Positions 50,040-63,235 of a DNA stretch of 64,000 nucleotides are shown one piece after another (within the stretch, counting starts at the first letter, position 1; the number at the start of each line of letters is the position of its first letter). The notes beneath the pieces are model-generated. The model was given only the letters and a program-made list of their open reading frames with translations. It ran no database searches and had not been told where the DNA came from. The stretch comes from Lama glama (taxonomy: Eukaryota), in contig CM052817.1 in assembly GCA_028534125.1 (NCBI GenBank), positions 109,308,001-109,372,000 of the forward strand, written 5' to 3'. Both the position numbers and the translations under genes were made by a program.

Positions 50040-50190
50040 AGAATCAGGCAGACTTAAGTTCAAATCTTGCCTTTACCAGTTACTAGCTTTGTGACCTTGG
50101 GGAAGAAACTTTACTTTTTTGGGTCCCATTTTTATCTGTATGTAAGTTCAGTATTTATTTCAGGGTTTTTGTTTTAGAATTGAATGAGCC
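50040..50190. mobile_element. MIR fragment
   Basis: agaatcaggcagacttaagttcaaatcttgcctttaccagttactagctttgtgaccttggg. Confidence 0.75.
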
Positions 50191-50803
50191 AATTCCCTCA
50201 TTTATTCCTAAATAAATGGTTCTGTGCTGGTGCTGATCACATGGTTCTATGCTGGTGCCTTGGTAGATGATTACCGAGGGACTCAGAAGTGAGGATGGGG
50301 GTGGGGCCCTGGGTCATAGACCTTACATTCCAGGACATGCTAGTGAAAGACTGGATGTGCAGTGGATTTTTAGTAAATGTCCATTCCTTTCCTAATCCCC
50401 ATTGATTATCTTTATACTAATATATGAACAATTTTTTATTGCAATTTAAACCTCTTTGTAGTATTTAAAATATGTAACTATAACCAAATTATGTGAAACA
50501 AAGTGATTTGACATTTATTTTCCTTTCAATAAGCAAAACAACAAAATTGAAAAGAAAAAAAGTTTTGAAGGAATAGAAATAATTTTATTTCCGTGGAATC
50601 AAGTCCCTATGTTAGGTTTTTTGGTTGTGTTGTTAAATGGCATATAAAATTGATAGGTTGTGACTTAAGCGTTGATAGGTAAGTATAGTTTCTTTCTGTG
50701 GTTGTCTTTGATGAATTATTTGCACTAGATCATAAATAATGTGCATGTTACATATTGGAAATGAGCAAACAGTGGAGACATACTACCTCCAATTTAGTCA
50801 TTT

Positions 50804-51337
50804 TGTTACCAAGTCCAAACTCGTTCTGCTCGCCGCATGACAGGCCAATACATTGGGAGATGAGGTGTTGGGGCAAGGAATAGTGATTTTATTTGGAAAG
50901 CTGGCAGACCCAGAAGATGGCAGACTGATTCCTGGGGAACCATCTTCCCCAAGTCAGAATTCAGGCTCCTTTTATACTAAAAAGGGGAGGGGTGTGGTTG
51001 GTTGGTGCAAACTTCTTGCTGTGGGAATTGTTTGTTCTTGGAATCCTCTGTTCTTGCAGCTGTCCATGTGGGTAAGGTCATTGTGTCCCTGTAAAACCTC
51101 CAACAAAACAAATGTTAATTTCTATTCTGCAACTTGTTACATTTATCTAAGTGCAAAAGTTAATATCCTTAAAGGTCAGAGCCTTGAGAATAGGCTATCC
51201 TGTATACTTCAGGCTAAAGGCAACATTGTTTTACAAAAGGTGCAGAGCCAGCAAGAGTAAGCCTAGAAAACAGGGCACAGGGTTAAAGCCAAAGGAACAG
51301 ATCTAATGTGAAGTCAGATTTGTTCTTTCCTATTACA
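50804..51337 (-). mobile_element. ERV1-class solo LTR
   Basis: TG...CA termini (tgttac...attaca) and a 4-bp TSD attt at 50800-50803 and 51338-51341. On the minus strand a TATAAAA (~50970) is followed by AATAAA (~50890). Confidence 0.88.
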
Positions 51338-52493
51338 ATTTCTTTTTCCACCTCATAAATAATTTCAGTAAGAAACACCAGCAATTTTGTATTTTTGCTT
51401 CTTAATAACGGATGAGTGGGCCAACTACATTTTTGTGATCAGGGATGCTGTGCGGGCCTTGGGGTCTCAGCAAACTCTTGTTGGGGGTGGTCGACCCTGC
51501 AACATGCCTGATGCCCCTGTGAGTATTGGTGAGGGTCCCCCCAGCCTGGGGCTCTCTTTAGGCACCAGCATATGGGCATTGACCTCTGGAGACCTCTTTT
51601 TCAGCTGTAGATTTTTTCAAGTACTGTGATTGAAAAATCACTCCAGCTGGGGATAATTAGGAAAAAAAAGAAAAAGGAAAAGGGTTTGGAGTAGAAGAGA
51701 AGGGCAGAGGAACAGGGAGCCTGGGGGCTTGGCAGCGGGGCCTCAGGAGAGAGAAGAGCAGAGGTGGGGAGGATCTGGCTATGGAACCAGCTCCTGCACC
51801 TGTCCCTGTGCCCAAGCCACACAGCTTTTAAGTGGCCAGGGCCACTCTCCTGGCTGGATGTCACCTTGGGCAGAGCCTTGAGAACCAAAAGTGAGGGGTG
51901 GGCAGCACTTACCCAGGTGGTCACTGAGGACTTCAGTCAAGTCCATGGTGCTTTTTCTGGTCATGGGTCTTCACTTGTCCTTCATCTCAGGATCTGAGGA
52001 GCAGGAGCAAGGAACTCAGAGAAATCCAGGAAGACATCCGACTGTGTTGAGAGGACAGACACAGTGACAAGGGAAGCTAGGGCTCTTGCAGCAAAGCAAA
52101 ATGAATTCACAACTACTGCGTCAGAGCTGCAGGTGTGAGAGAGCCTAAGCTTGCCTCAGAGTGAAGGGGACAAGCAGAAATGAATGGCGAGGTTTCCATG
52201 GGCAGTATTTTGAAACTTCATAAAATATCCTGCTACTGTTGGTTGGATCACTTGAATGAATGCAGGCGTATTTCTGTGGGCATTTATAGGTTCACTCAAC
52301 CCCACCTGCCCCTCTTGACCCCATCAGGGATGGGCTTTCTCAAGCACAGTGCCTCTCCTGCTTGGGTGGGCTGTGTTGAGGGTCCTCTCCTGGGGCCGGG
52401 CTGCTGCAGGGCACTGAGTCCCTGAGGCACGGCCTGCAGGATGTGACAGGAACATCTCTGCTCTTGACTGAGGGCCTCCTTTTTCCCCTGCAG

Positions 52494-52617
52494 TGTAGGA
52501 ATGCTGGTGACTGAATTAGAAGCGTGCATCCAAGCTGTCCGTGTCCCTGCCATCCAGAAGCAGAGCCTGGAAGCTTCCGAATTTCTCCAAAATGTGGTTT
52601 ACATTCACCTTCGACAG
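52494..52617 (+). other. Unidentified internal exon
   Basis: Acceptor cctcctttttcccctgcag and perfect donor cag|gtgagt. One frame is open: [42 protein letters not shown] do not recognise the product. Confidence 0.55.
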
Positions 52618-55600
52618 GTGAGTGTGTGTCCTCTTACAAGTGGAGGAATTACTGCAGTTTTCCTGGAACTTACTCACCACTAGTCCATCTGATTTTTCTG
52701 TGCTAGGATTCAGTGTGGCCTCCTAAAACCTCTGGAGTCAGGTCTTGAAACCCTGATGAAGAGGATTATTTATTTTATTTCTTTATATGATAGTCTTTTA
52801 CTTTCAAAATTCAGAATTTTCAGTTCTTTCAGGAGTTTTTTGGGGGGGTTGGAGAAACAACTTTGCTCTCACCATCTTTGCAACCTTTTGCTTTGTGCCT
52901 CTCTCCTGTCTTCTGTCACTTGTGAGGCGGTTACATTTGTGACCCTGTCGGGGTCATTCATGTTATAAAACATGATGTCTGTGAAAGTACAGTTTTTTTT
53001 TTTTACTCCGAAGACATTCCACAAATACTAGTTAAATCTGGGTGTGGTTTTAAGAAGACAGAATCATTAGAACATGTACTCGCAGGTTGCTAGTGCAAAA
53101 TCCCCAAATCAATAGTCTAGCTCAACATCTGAAATCTTTCTAATCTACCTTGGATTTGTATGGATAAGTGAAGCAGATTGCTAAGAACTCAAGACCAGGT
53201 TTAGAATACAGGCTGGTGTAGCTCAGCAGGTCCTCCCAAGCTGATGCTCTGCCAGAGGGTGGGGCCAAGGGGGAGAGGGTGGGTACCACCCTCCCTGAGC
53301 TGACAGTTTCATGGCAAAGACCTTCACCAGGAGAAGAACTTGGAGTTTCTTCTAAGAACAGTGGGTTTGAAAAGAAGGATCTTAAAAGCACAGGAGTGAC
53401 ACAATCCCATTTGTCTCAAGTAGGGGAGAGCGGCTGGGGGGGCCACTTGGGAGACTCGTGAGTCCAGGTGGGCAGTGTTGGTGGCTTCCATCTGGGCAGT
53501 GGGATGGTCAGTGGGAAAAAGTGAACAGATTGAAGGCATGTTTAGATGGTAAAAAGGAAAGGGTGAATGATGTCTGTGAGGGTAGGATGGAGTAAGGCCC
53601 AGGTTTCTGGGTGGATTAATGAGGTAAATGATGGTCCTGTTGTGCTCTGAGGAGGGAAGGCTGCAGAGGGAGTTCTGGGGGAAAACTGATGAGTTCAGCT
53701 GTGGGTAAAGTGAAAGGCTGTTAGATGTGTGGTCTGGGTGCTCTGGTGAGAGCCAGTAGTGAGTAGGGGGAAGGGAGAGAGACCTTCAAATCATTTTGTC
53801 TTGTGAACATACAAATAAGTATGAGTAATAAGACACTTACACCTCTCTCTTCTGGACTTAACCCATTAACATTTTGCAATATTGACTGCAGAGGTTCTTA
53901 AATTTTTAAATAGAAATAAAATAAAAACAAAATAGTGGGGTTAATGAACACCTCAGAGTTGACGTGTATCCTCCTTGTATATATTTTGATACCTCATCTA
54001 TTTACAACCGTAATCTATAAAAAGTTAACTAGTTTAGCATAAGAGTTAAACAGAGGGACGTGACACACACTGTTGGGGCTTGAAGCTGATCTTCTCGGGC
54101 AAATTATGTAGCCTCTCTGTGCCTTAGTTGCATCTTCTGTGACTGCCCCCGGGCCCCTCATCACAGCTGATTTCCTAGACTAGAAGTTGGGAGGGAGGCT
54201 GCTGAAGGGAGTAAGAAGTGGCAACTGCTAGGGACACTGAAGAGAGAGACAAAAGCAGATTAAAGCCGATAAACTGAGTACAAACAAATACTCTCACAAG
54301 AGAAAGAGTCCCGCAGTGCTTTGAGCCACTTAGCGTAAGGGAAACAAAACCACGTGGACCCAGAGCTCTTGAGCATGTGAGTATTGTGGGTGGGAAGGTG
54401 TCATCAGAAAAGGGTTGAGAAAAGGCCTTTTGGTTTCCCTTGAAGTTTCCAGTAAGGATGGGGAGGAGAAGTGAAAACCCCCCGCTTCACAGTGGAAGCT
54501 GCTGTTTTTTGCGAAACTGAGCAAAGGGTGGAAACCAGTCATCAGCGGTGCTGGCAAATGAAGAGACTTCTGGATTGGGTGGGGCACTTGCTGTGACTTC
54601 CAGGTGACCTGCTGGCTGGGGGCTGCAAGGCGGGCAGTAGGTTTGCAGGGTGACCCAGGCATAATCCCTGGCTCTGAGGCTGCTGGTCTGATTAGCAGAC
54701 CTGGGCACCCGCAGTCCTAATGGGGCAGCTTGGGATGTGGCCTGGGACACCTGCCGTGCTGAGGGCGAGAGGAGGGCTCCCCTGAGGGGGTGTCCTAGCG
54801 GAGAGTGAAAACATCCTCCTGCAGGGGAGGAAGAGCCTCTGAGCTGGGGGCCAGGTGCGCAGTCATGACCGGCCTGAGCACGGAGGGTTCTGGGAGCCAG
54901 AAGTCATGCAGTGGCCTGAGCAGCCTTGTTCCTGAGAAACTGGAGGGGAAAGATGCTGAATAGGCAGGCTAGGGTCAGACCCTGTGGTGGGTTATGAGTG
55001 ACAGGAAAGGACTGTTCAGGCAGGCAGGAGAGAACCTTGTGGGCGTCCCAGCTGGGGCGTCACGCCGGAGGGAGGAGCAGAGTTATAGACTTTGCCCCTT
55101 ATTAGCTGTGTGACTTTGAGCAAGATCACCCCACCTCTCTCTGTATATATGTTCATCTGTAAAGTGACACGGTGACAAGCTCGTGTTATCAGAAGGCTTA
55201 CTTTAGCTCCGATCCTCTGTGTCCTGTCCTGTCAGTGCTGCCCTGCAAGGCTCTGCAGCGGCTGCTCTTACCCTGAGATGGGAGGGCGTAGAGGGACATT
55301 GTAGCGCCCGAGGGCAGGCGGGGGTTGCTTTAAAAACAGACATGTAGCCGCCTGCAACTGCAGACCTGCAGGCAGTTTTGTTGACGGTCGTGGAGAGGAC
55401 ATTGGAGGCCTTAGCATCGTCTTAAGACTTGTTTTCCCTAGGGGACCGGATTTGACTTTGCAGATTAGTGTTGAAGATTTGGGCTTCTGGCAAAGCTGTT
55501 TTCCGAAATGAGTATATACGTAACATATAGTATAAAATAAAATGTTTTTATTTAATGTGTGGGACTTTGCAGCTGTTGGAGCAATTCTGTTGGCCTGGTC

Positions 55601-56239
55601 TCCACGGAGGACACTAGGGGTCAGCAGAGCGTGCGGGAGGGCAGGCAGCCCGCGGTGCTGCTGCGGGGGGTTCTCCCCAGCAGGGCGCTCTGCTGAGGTG
55701 ACTCTTCTCTGAGTTTGGTTGCCAACTGAGCAGACAGCAAATTAATGAGTTCTGGTGAGATTGTACAATGACAGGAAGAAAGAGGAAACCGTAGTTTTTC
55801 TGGACTAGAACACGCTTTTGGTTCTTGATCCAGTGTGTCCCATTGCAGAATTGATGAGTTGTGTCTGTTCTAGATCTGATTTGGGCTAATCTGGGAACTT
55901 GGAAAGCAACCGAGATGAAATTGTTGCAGGTATCTTGTGCTTTAATAAGCCGTGTGCAAACATAACACGGATGAAGCATACAGTTGGATTTGGTGGTGTA
56001 GGGAAGGGTTTCTGCACGTTACAGGAGAAGGCAAGGCAGAATTCCTCTTCTTTGTGGGCAGGGACATGGTCCACCTGTCTTCTGTAGCGGTTTCTGAGAG
56101 CAGTTTATGGTAATTAACCAGCATTGACAAACGGTGGCACACATTGCATTTAAGAGCTGGCCAGTGCAAACTTGTGTATTGGACAGGTGGGTTTCACAGG
56201 CAAGTGGTCAGGTGGATGGGAGAGAGATGGAGCCCAGGC

Positions 56240-56394
56240 CTGGGCCCAGATTCAGGTTTAAATCGCCATTTCCTCACCGTAGGGCCTTGGACTAGAATGT
56301 AACCTCTCTTAACCTGTTGGTGAATCTGTGAAATGGGCATGATAATACTGGTTTCTTCCTGGGTTTGTTGTACGTTGTAAACAGTATTATAACA
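56240..56394. mobile_element. MIR fragment
   Basis: ccttggac...aacctctct...atctgtgaaatgggcatgataatac...gggtttgttgt. Confidence 0.7.
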
Positions 56395-57099
56395 NNNNNN
56401 NNNNNNNNNNNNNNNNNNNNNNNNNNNNNNNNNNNNNNNNNNNNNNNNNNNNNNNNNNNNNNNNNNNNNNNNNNNNNNNNNNNNNNNNNNNNNNNNNNNN
56501 NNNNNNNNNNNNNNNNNNNNNNNNNNNNNNNNNNNNNNNNNNNNNNNNNNNNNNNNNNNNNNNNNNNNNNNNNNNNNNNNNNNNNNNNNNNNNNNNNNNN
56601 NNNNNNNNNNNNNNNNNNNNNNNNNNNNNNNNNNNNNNNNNNNNNNNNNNNNNNNNNNNNNNNNNNNNNNNNNNNNNNNNNNNNNNNNNNNNNNNNNNNN
56701 NNNNNNNNNNNNNNNNNNNNNNNNNNNNNNNNNNNNNNNNNNNNNNNNNNNNNNNNNNNNNNNNNNNNNNNNNNNNNNNNNNNNNNNNNNNNNNNNNNNN
56801 NNNNNNNNNNNNNNNNNNNNNNNNNNNNNNNNNNNNNNNNNNNNNNNNNNNNNNNNNNNNNNNNNNNNNNNNNNNNNNNNNNNNNNNNNNNNNNGGCCCT
56901 CAAAGCACTTGCAGGAGGTCTGCGCGTTCCCCGCTGGTTTCTGTCTCCAAGCCTCCCCGGATTAGACCCCTGCCCACGTGGCCCTGAGATTCAGCTTGCC
57001 TGGTGTCAGTTCCCCCTGGGCCAGGCCCTCAAGGATTCAGCTTCTAGTCCAGGTGCTTATCAAGGCATTTATCCAAAGCCAGATTCTTTCCTCAGAGGA

Positions 57100-58630
57100 A
57101 TTCTGGCGCTAGCTCTCAAGATAATTAAATTTTTTCCACCTTGTTGCCTACAGAAAAGTTTAAAGCAGCAAATAAAAAGCATTTGTAATTATACCTCCCA
57201 AAGATAACTACTGTTAAGATTTTGGCCTTTTCCCCCCTGCACCAGTGTATTCACTTTTAAGATCATTGGGATCATGGTGAATATATAATTTTATATCTTG
57301 CTTCCCCTTACCCCCCTCACTTAACACAAGAGTGTTTTCCGAAGGCCAGTATGTGTTTTTAAATACCTTTTAACAGTAGTGGCCTAATACTCCGCTCTTC
57401 AGCTGTGTCAGCTTGTTACGAGATATTTTGCTTATAGCTGATTTTTGTTCTTTCATGACCAGCTTTCTTGTTGTTCTCTCTGTACATCAGTCTTTGTGCA
57501 CATCTTTGATAATTTCCTCAGGATAGAATCTCAAAGAAGGATTGGTTCAAGTGATATATTAAGCCACCTTTTATTGTGGAAAAAATGTCAAATATACACA
57601 AGAGAACAGTATACTAGACATGCCTGTGTGATCGCATGGTTTCAACAATGACCAGCGCTCTGACGGGCTTGTTTTATCGACCCCTCCCCACTTTTTTTGT
57701 TGGAATATTCTAAAGCAAGTCCTAGATGTTGTATCATTTCCCCTGTAAAAGTTAAATTTTACTTCTCAAATAGGTAAAGTAACTCTTAAAGCATGACCAG
57801 AAGGCCATTCACACACTTAAAATAATTAACAGTAATTCCTAAGTATCATCTCATATCTGGCTGGGTCCAACTTGCCAGTGATCTCAAAAATGATTTCTTA
57901 TAGCCAACAGGTTTGAATCAGGATCCATGCAAAAGGTCACGTTTTACATTTGGTTGAAACATTCCATAAGTCTCTCAACCTACACCTCTTCCTCCTTTTG
58001 AAACCGTGTTCTTCATGTACTGATGAATCTGCTATAAAGTGTTCTATGGTTCTTGACACGATAGAAGCCAACTTCTAGGAGGGTGGTAACACTTTGCATC
58101 TCTGCCAGCCAGTAGCCCATGAGAGGGCACACATCCCGTTCTCAGCCTTGACTATCATTAAAATTTTAAAAAATCAATTTGATAGGTGAAAGACGGCACC
58201 TGATGGCAGCTTTAACTTGCATTTCTGTGGTTATAAGCACGAGCGAACATTTTCCCCATTTGCATGTTAGCTGTATTTCTTCTTGTTAGTTATCTTCTAT
58301 GACCTTTGCTCCTTTTAAAAAGGGTACTGATTAGCATGCTTGAGTTTGTAACATAGAGAAATTTAAAATTTTTATGTAGCCACAGTATCTTTTCCTTTGT
58401 GAATTCTTCCATTTTTTTATGCTCAGAAAATCCTTTCCCTACCCTCAAATTCCATTCACCTACATTTTTTTCTCTCTAGTTTTCTTACTTAATTTTTACT
58501 GAGTTTTAAAATCCACCTGAGATCTCATATAGTTAGACCATTGATCGAATACTATAATCCTCATTTCTTCACTAGTTTGCAGTGTGCTTTTACCATGCTC
58601 TAATTTATTTACACACACGTATTGGTCTGT
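57100..58630 (-). mobile_element. Ancient L1 (L1ME/MC-like) fragments
   Basis: atttgataggtgaaagacggcacc...tttaacttgcatttct, plus a nested 3'-end-like segment at ~57567-58020. Confidence 0.6.
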
Positions 58631-60831
58631 TTAAGAACTTGTGCAGTCTTCTGTTTTTCTGGGCTCCTGAGAGGTAATGAGTGTCCCATTGTGGGAGGTA
58701 TGCAAGCAGGAAACTTAAGTGCAAGGTCGGGCTGGGATCTTATGCTCCTGTTTCTGGGGATTTCTGGTTTCCCTGCCCTGGGAGGACCTGTGTGCCTCTG
58801 GATCTGTGTGCATCAGCTCTGGGAAGCAGTAATGATTTCTCTCCCTCCCTTCCCCATCTACTGGTCTTCCTGCCTTCGGGACGGACCTTCAGACTCCATT
58901 TCTGTTCATATGCTTGTGATCGGGGTGCAGAGCCCAGACCTCACCAGAGAGGCCTGGCCTGAGGTACCCAAAGGACTCTTGGCTGGACTGTCCTCTATGT
59001 ACTCTGTGGACCCACATGGGGACAGGGATCTGGGCTCAGCTCTGAGGAGAAGCAGGATTTGTCCACTTTCCCAGATACCCTCTGTCCTCATGGCATTCCC
59101 CCAACTTACCATTACAGCTAATCATGTGACTTGCCTCTCCACTAGACTGCCAGCCCGCAAGGACAGCGGCCTCGTATTTCCATTTCTGGCACATGGAAGG
59201 CACCTTGGGGTGAAAGGAAAGAATGAATGAATGGTCCTTTGGAACTTGGAGGGGACTATGGTAGCTTCGTAAGCTGAGCCCAAACTGGAGCCCGTCATCT
59301 GACCAGAACAAATACTCTTTGGGGACCAAAGGGACAGAACACCTGAAATTGAGGTCCATCCCAGAAAATCCAGTGCAGCTGGTTGTCATCAGGAGGGCTG
59401 TCTCCTGAATCTCAGGTCCACGTGGAGCCATGAAAGTCACCCATGTTGACCCTGAGCTGACATCCGACCTTGAGAGCGGATTATTTCTCCTCTCCATGAG
59501 CACATTCCGGACAAAATGAGGTTGGGAGACATTTGCATCCAAACCACCAAGCTCTTTAAATGCTGGGGCCTGGAGGCCCGATGGGTTTATTTGGTTATCA
59601 TTGTGGAAGTTAATAATTAATTTCTCTTCACATGACATCTAAAGGCAGTTATTTCAGGAGCCTGTGCCAAGTATTTGTCAAGTGTCAGAGGCAATTCCCA
59701 GGTCCCAGTCCCCCCTCAGTAATTCTGGATTAGGGACAGTCTAAAATTAACTTACACAAATTTTCTTTCAAGATGCATGGAGCTCTGGGGACCGCGCAGG
59801 AATTTCAGGTTCCTGAAGGTTATACTGTCAGCAAAAGGGCTGGGTGGGGGCAGCTGAGCTCCTGCAGCTTTCCAGCTGGGCCAGCTCCAGAGGGGGAGAG
59901 GGGAAGCGTGAGTGGGGGCAGGGCATGGATGGCCATTAGTCTGCAGGGGCCCATTTGCCTCCTGAAAACAACTTACTGCTATTTGTATTGCAAACCTCAC
60001 ACCCAGCTTGATGGTTTTTCCTTGTTTTTGACTCAGGCCCAGGGAGGGGCCGTGGCCTGGTGGGGACAGCAGGACTGGCCCACGTCCCCTTGTGGCGATA
60101 TATTAGGGAAGGTCAAAGAGCCATCAGTCCCTGTCTGGGAGTTAAGTGCTGGGAAGTGGGAGGCACTGCAGGGACCGACTCACTACTAACTCACTCCTAG
60201 ATCCTGAGAGCAAGACACTTCAGATCCCAGAGCCGTGGGCCAGAGGTGGGAGGGGTTCCTGAGCCTGGTCTAGCCTGGGCCCCTGGAGCAGCAAGAGCTC
60301 GGACCACCAGAGGAGGGGTCTCTCTGCTGAGGAGGGCGGTGTGGCCAGGGTTGGTGTAAATCAAAGAGACCTCTGCCAGGCCTCCTGGGCTCTGTGGAAA
60401 GGTCACCCCGAGCTGTGGTTCCTGGACAGCCTTGCTCAGATACCTTTAATCTGGCTTCCAGGGAAGGCGTCAGCCTGGGCGGGGGCAGGCGGGAGTCGAC
60501 TAGACAGATGGAGAGCCCAGCAACGCTGGGCATGGCCATGCCATCATCGTGCCCGCCCCAGCTGGACTTCTCACCTGCAGTGTCACCTGGTTCTGCGCAC
60601 GTCTGCCTGCTCATGCCTGTGCTTCAGAGCATCCTCCATAGTGTGTAACTGAACATTTGCTTGTGTGATGGCTTCACGCCCGCCTTCCCCGCCACCAGTG
60701 AACTCGCGGGGCTGACTCCAGGTCTGCCCTGGGCGCCCGCACCTTGTGCCGAGCCTGGTGGGGTCTCCATACACATCTGCCAAGTGAATCTGGGTCGCTG
60801 GGCTTGCCTCTCCTGTCGCCCAAAGGAGGGA

Positions 60832-61200
60832 GTATTACAGGCTGAACTATGTCCCCCCCCAACTTTATATAGTGAAGTCCTGACCTCTGGTACCTCAAAC
60901 AATTAAGTTAAGATAAGGTCATGAGGTGAGCCCTCATCCAACATGACTGTTGTCCATATAAAAGGGGAGTTTGGACAGAGACACACACATACTCCGAATG
61001 CCATGTGAAGACTGGAGTCAAGGTGCCAGAAGCTAGGTGAGAGGTCTGGAACAGTCCTCCTGTGGTGCCTTCAGAGGGACCTTGGCCCTGTTCATGCTTT
61101 GATCATGGATCCTAGTGGCCAGCTCTGTGAGACCATAAGTATCTGTTGTTCAAGCCTCTCGGTCTGCGGGGCTTCATCAGGGCAGCCCTGACCGATCATC
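60832..61200 (+). mobile_element. MLT1 (MLT1B-like) LTR
   Basis: ggctgaactatgtcccccc...aagtcctgacc...taagttaagataaggtcat...ccatgtgaagactggag...ccttcagaggga...tctgttgttcaagcc. Confidence 0.85.
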
Positions 61201-62864
61201 CCGTGCTCCTCTGGGAGCCGTGCGTCCAGGACCGGCCCCTGCCTGGCTCAGGGTGGCAGGGCTGGCTGTGTGATGGAGGGAAGTAGAGAGGACTCATTCT
61301 TTGTGCCAAGCTTCCCCAAGGCCAGGTGGTCCAGGCCAAGCAGAGAGAGGCAAGGCCATAGTTCTCACTCACTTTGGGAGTCTTGATTTGCACATCAAAG
61401 GGTCTAATCCTGGCAGGCCCTTGGGCCCCAGGGGGCCCCAGTGAAGTTGCATTCTCCAGACCCCTGTAGGCCCTGCTTAGATAGATTTTGGGGGTCGGGG
61501 AGGTGGCCAGAAGGGAGCTAGGTGCATCTGAAAGGGTCCCCTTAATTCCCCTGCGTGGTGGCTGTGGTGCCTACAGACAGACATCCTGGACCAGATTAAC
61601 CTTTAACCAGGCAGCTCCAGCCTCAGCTGTGGGGCCTGGGGCTCCTCCTGGCGGGTAAGCAGGCCAGCTCTTCTGCTCTTGTCTCCGGCCAGCCGGAGTC
61701 CCTGATGAATGGTCTGCACACCCCCTGCCCTGAGCCCTGCCACCATGTTGAGTGCTGGTGTCCCCAGCCAAGAGGAATGGGCCCAACTAACAAGCTGGAG
61801 GTGGCAGCACGGTGACCCCTGACCCCACGCACTCGGAGCCAGCGGCCTGGGGAATGGCTGCTCCCAGCCTGCTTAATGTGTCGGGCTGGCCTCTGAAAGG
61901 AAAACACATTCCGTGCTATTTAGAGAAAATTGGTCTAATTGGGCTGGAAGCATTCTACTGATCGAACATGGAATTTTTATTAGGAGGGTGACTCAAGTTC
62001 AGCCACGGTATCCCAGCTGGGAGGTGGCAAGAGATTGTCTCAAGGGATTTCACCCCAAATCTCTTTCCAGCTGATATCAAATATCTAAGGAGGTCTGGGT
62101 TTGAATTCAGACTGTGCTACCCATAGCCTACATCCTGGGACCATTTGGGAGCTTCTCCCAGACCTGCTTCCTTAATGGTAAAATTAAAAAAGAAAGAAAT
62201 TACAGCATCCTTGCAGACTTGTGAGGGGGAAATGAGATTAAGTGCGCATCAGGGCCATGGTATTGCCCTTAGCAGGAGACTGGATCTAGTGGGGTCTGTG
62301 TGAGCTAAGATTACATGTGGTTTCAGTTCCTTTGGCCAAATCTACTGCAACTCAGTAATAAACCAGCCAAATCTTTGTTGGCTGCAGTTGAGGTGACTCA
62401 TTTGAGAGTCCGAGGTCTCATTTTTAGACCAAGGTCTGGTCCTTGAAATGTGGGGGCCACACCCCTGGTAGTCTCAGAATCACCCTCTAGCAGCTCCTCC
62501 ATCTCTTGCTGCGGCCACATCTGTTTAGTATCGCCTGAATTTTCCTAAGCTTCCCTTGACCCTGTTCCTGCTACTCTGGCCTCAATGCAAACCATCATGG
62601 TCACTGATCACTCTGACCAAGGAATTGTCCTCATGTCCTCCCTGGCCTCTCATCTTGTTCTGCCCTGGTCAAGCCTCCACACTCACTCTCCAAACTGGTC
62701 ACCCTCCAGAATAGCTCATCCTGAACCCCGGTGACTCCTCTGCAAAGCATCTTTCTAAAACACAAGTTAGATCCAGTCTCTCCTCAGCTTAAAACCCTTC
62801 CATGGCTCCCAGTTGCCTCCAGGGTACAGCCCTAACGTCTTAGCCTGCACACTGGGCTCATCCA

Positions 62865-62999
62865 CAGGGTAACCACATCTGACTTACCATCTCAATCAAG
62901 ACCATTTTATCCAGGACAAATAGTCAGTTGCATGGGATGCTCTGCTAACAGACATAAATCAAGACTGTCCCAGGCAAACTAGGGTGTATGGTCACACTG
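62865..62999. mobile_element. hAT-Blackjack MITE (MER94/MER81-like) inside an L2 fragment
   Basis: Imperfect terminal inverted repeats cagggtaacca.../...tggtcacactg, 135 bp long, with internal gactgtcccaggcaaactaggg. Confidence 0.7.
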
Positions 63000-63235
63000 T
63001 CCATCACGACCTGGTCCCCACCCCATTTCTAATTATTCACTGTGGTGCCTCCTGTGCTTCCAGCAAAGCCCCCAATACCAGCTCTCTTCACTCATCTACA
63101 CCTTAGCACACGCTGTTCCCTCTGCCTGGAATGAATGCCCCCTGTCTTCGTCTTGGCTTGTGTGCTTCAAGCCCTTCTTTGATAGTCATTTCTGCAGCTC
63201 TTTCTGACTCCCGTCAATCCTGAAAGCTGTTTCCT

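Noticed and set aside
58622..59638. Two ~200-aa ORFs on opposite strands
   Set aside because: No recognisable domain or exon structure; likely chance.
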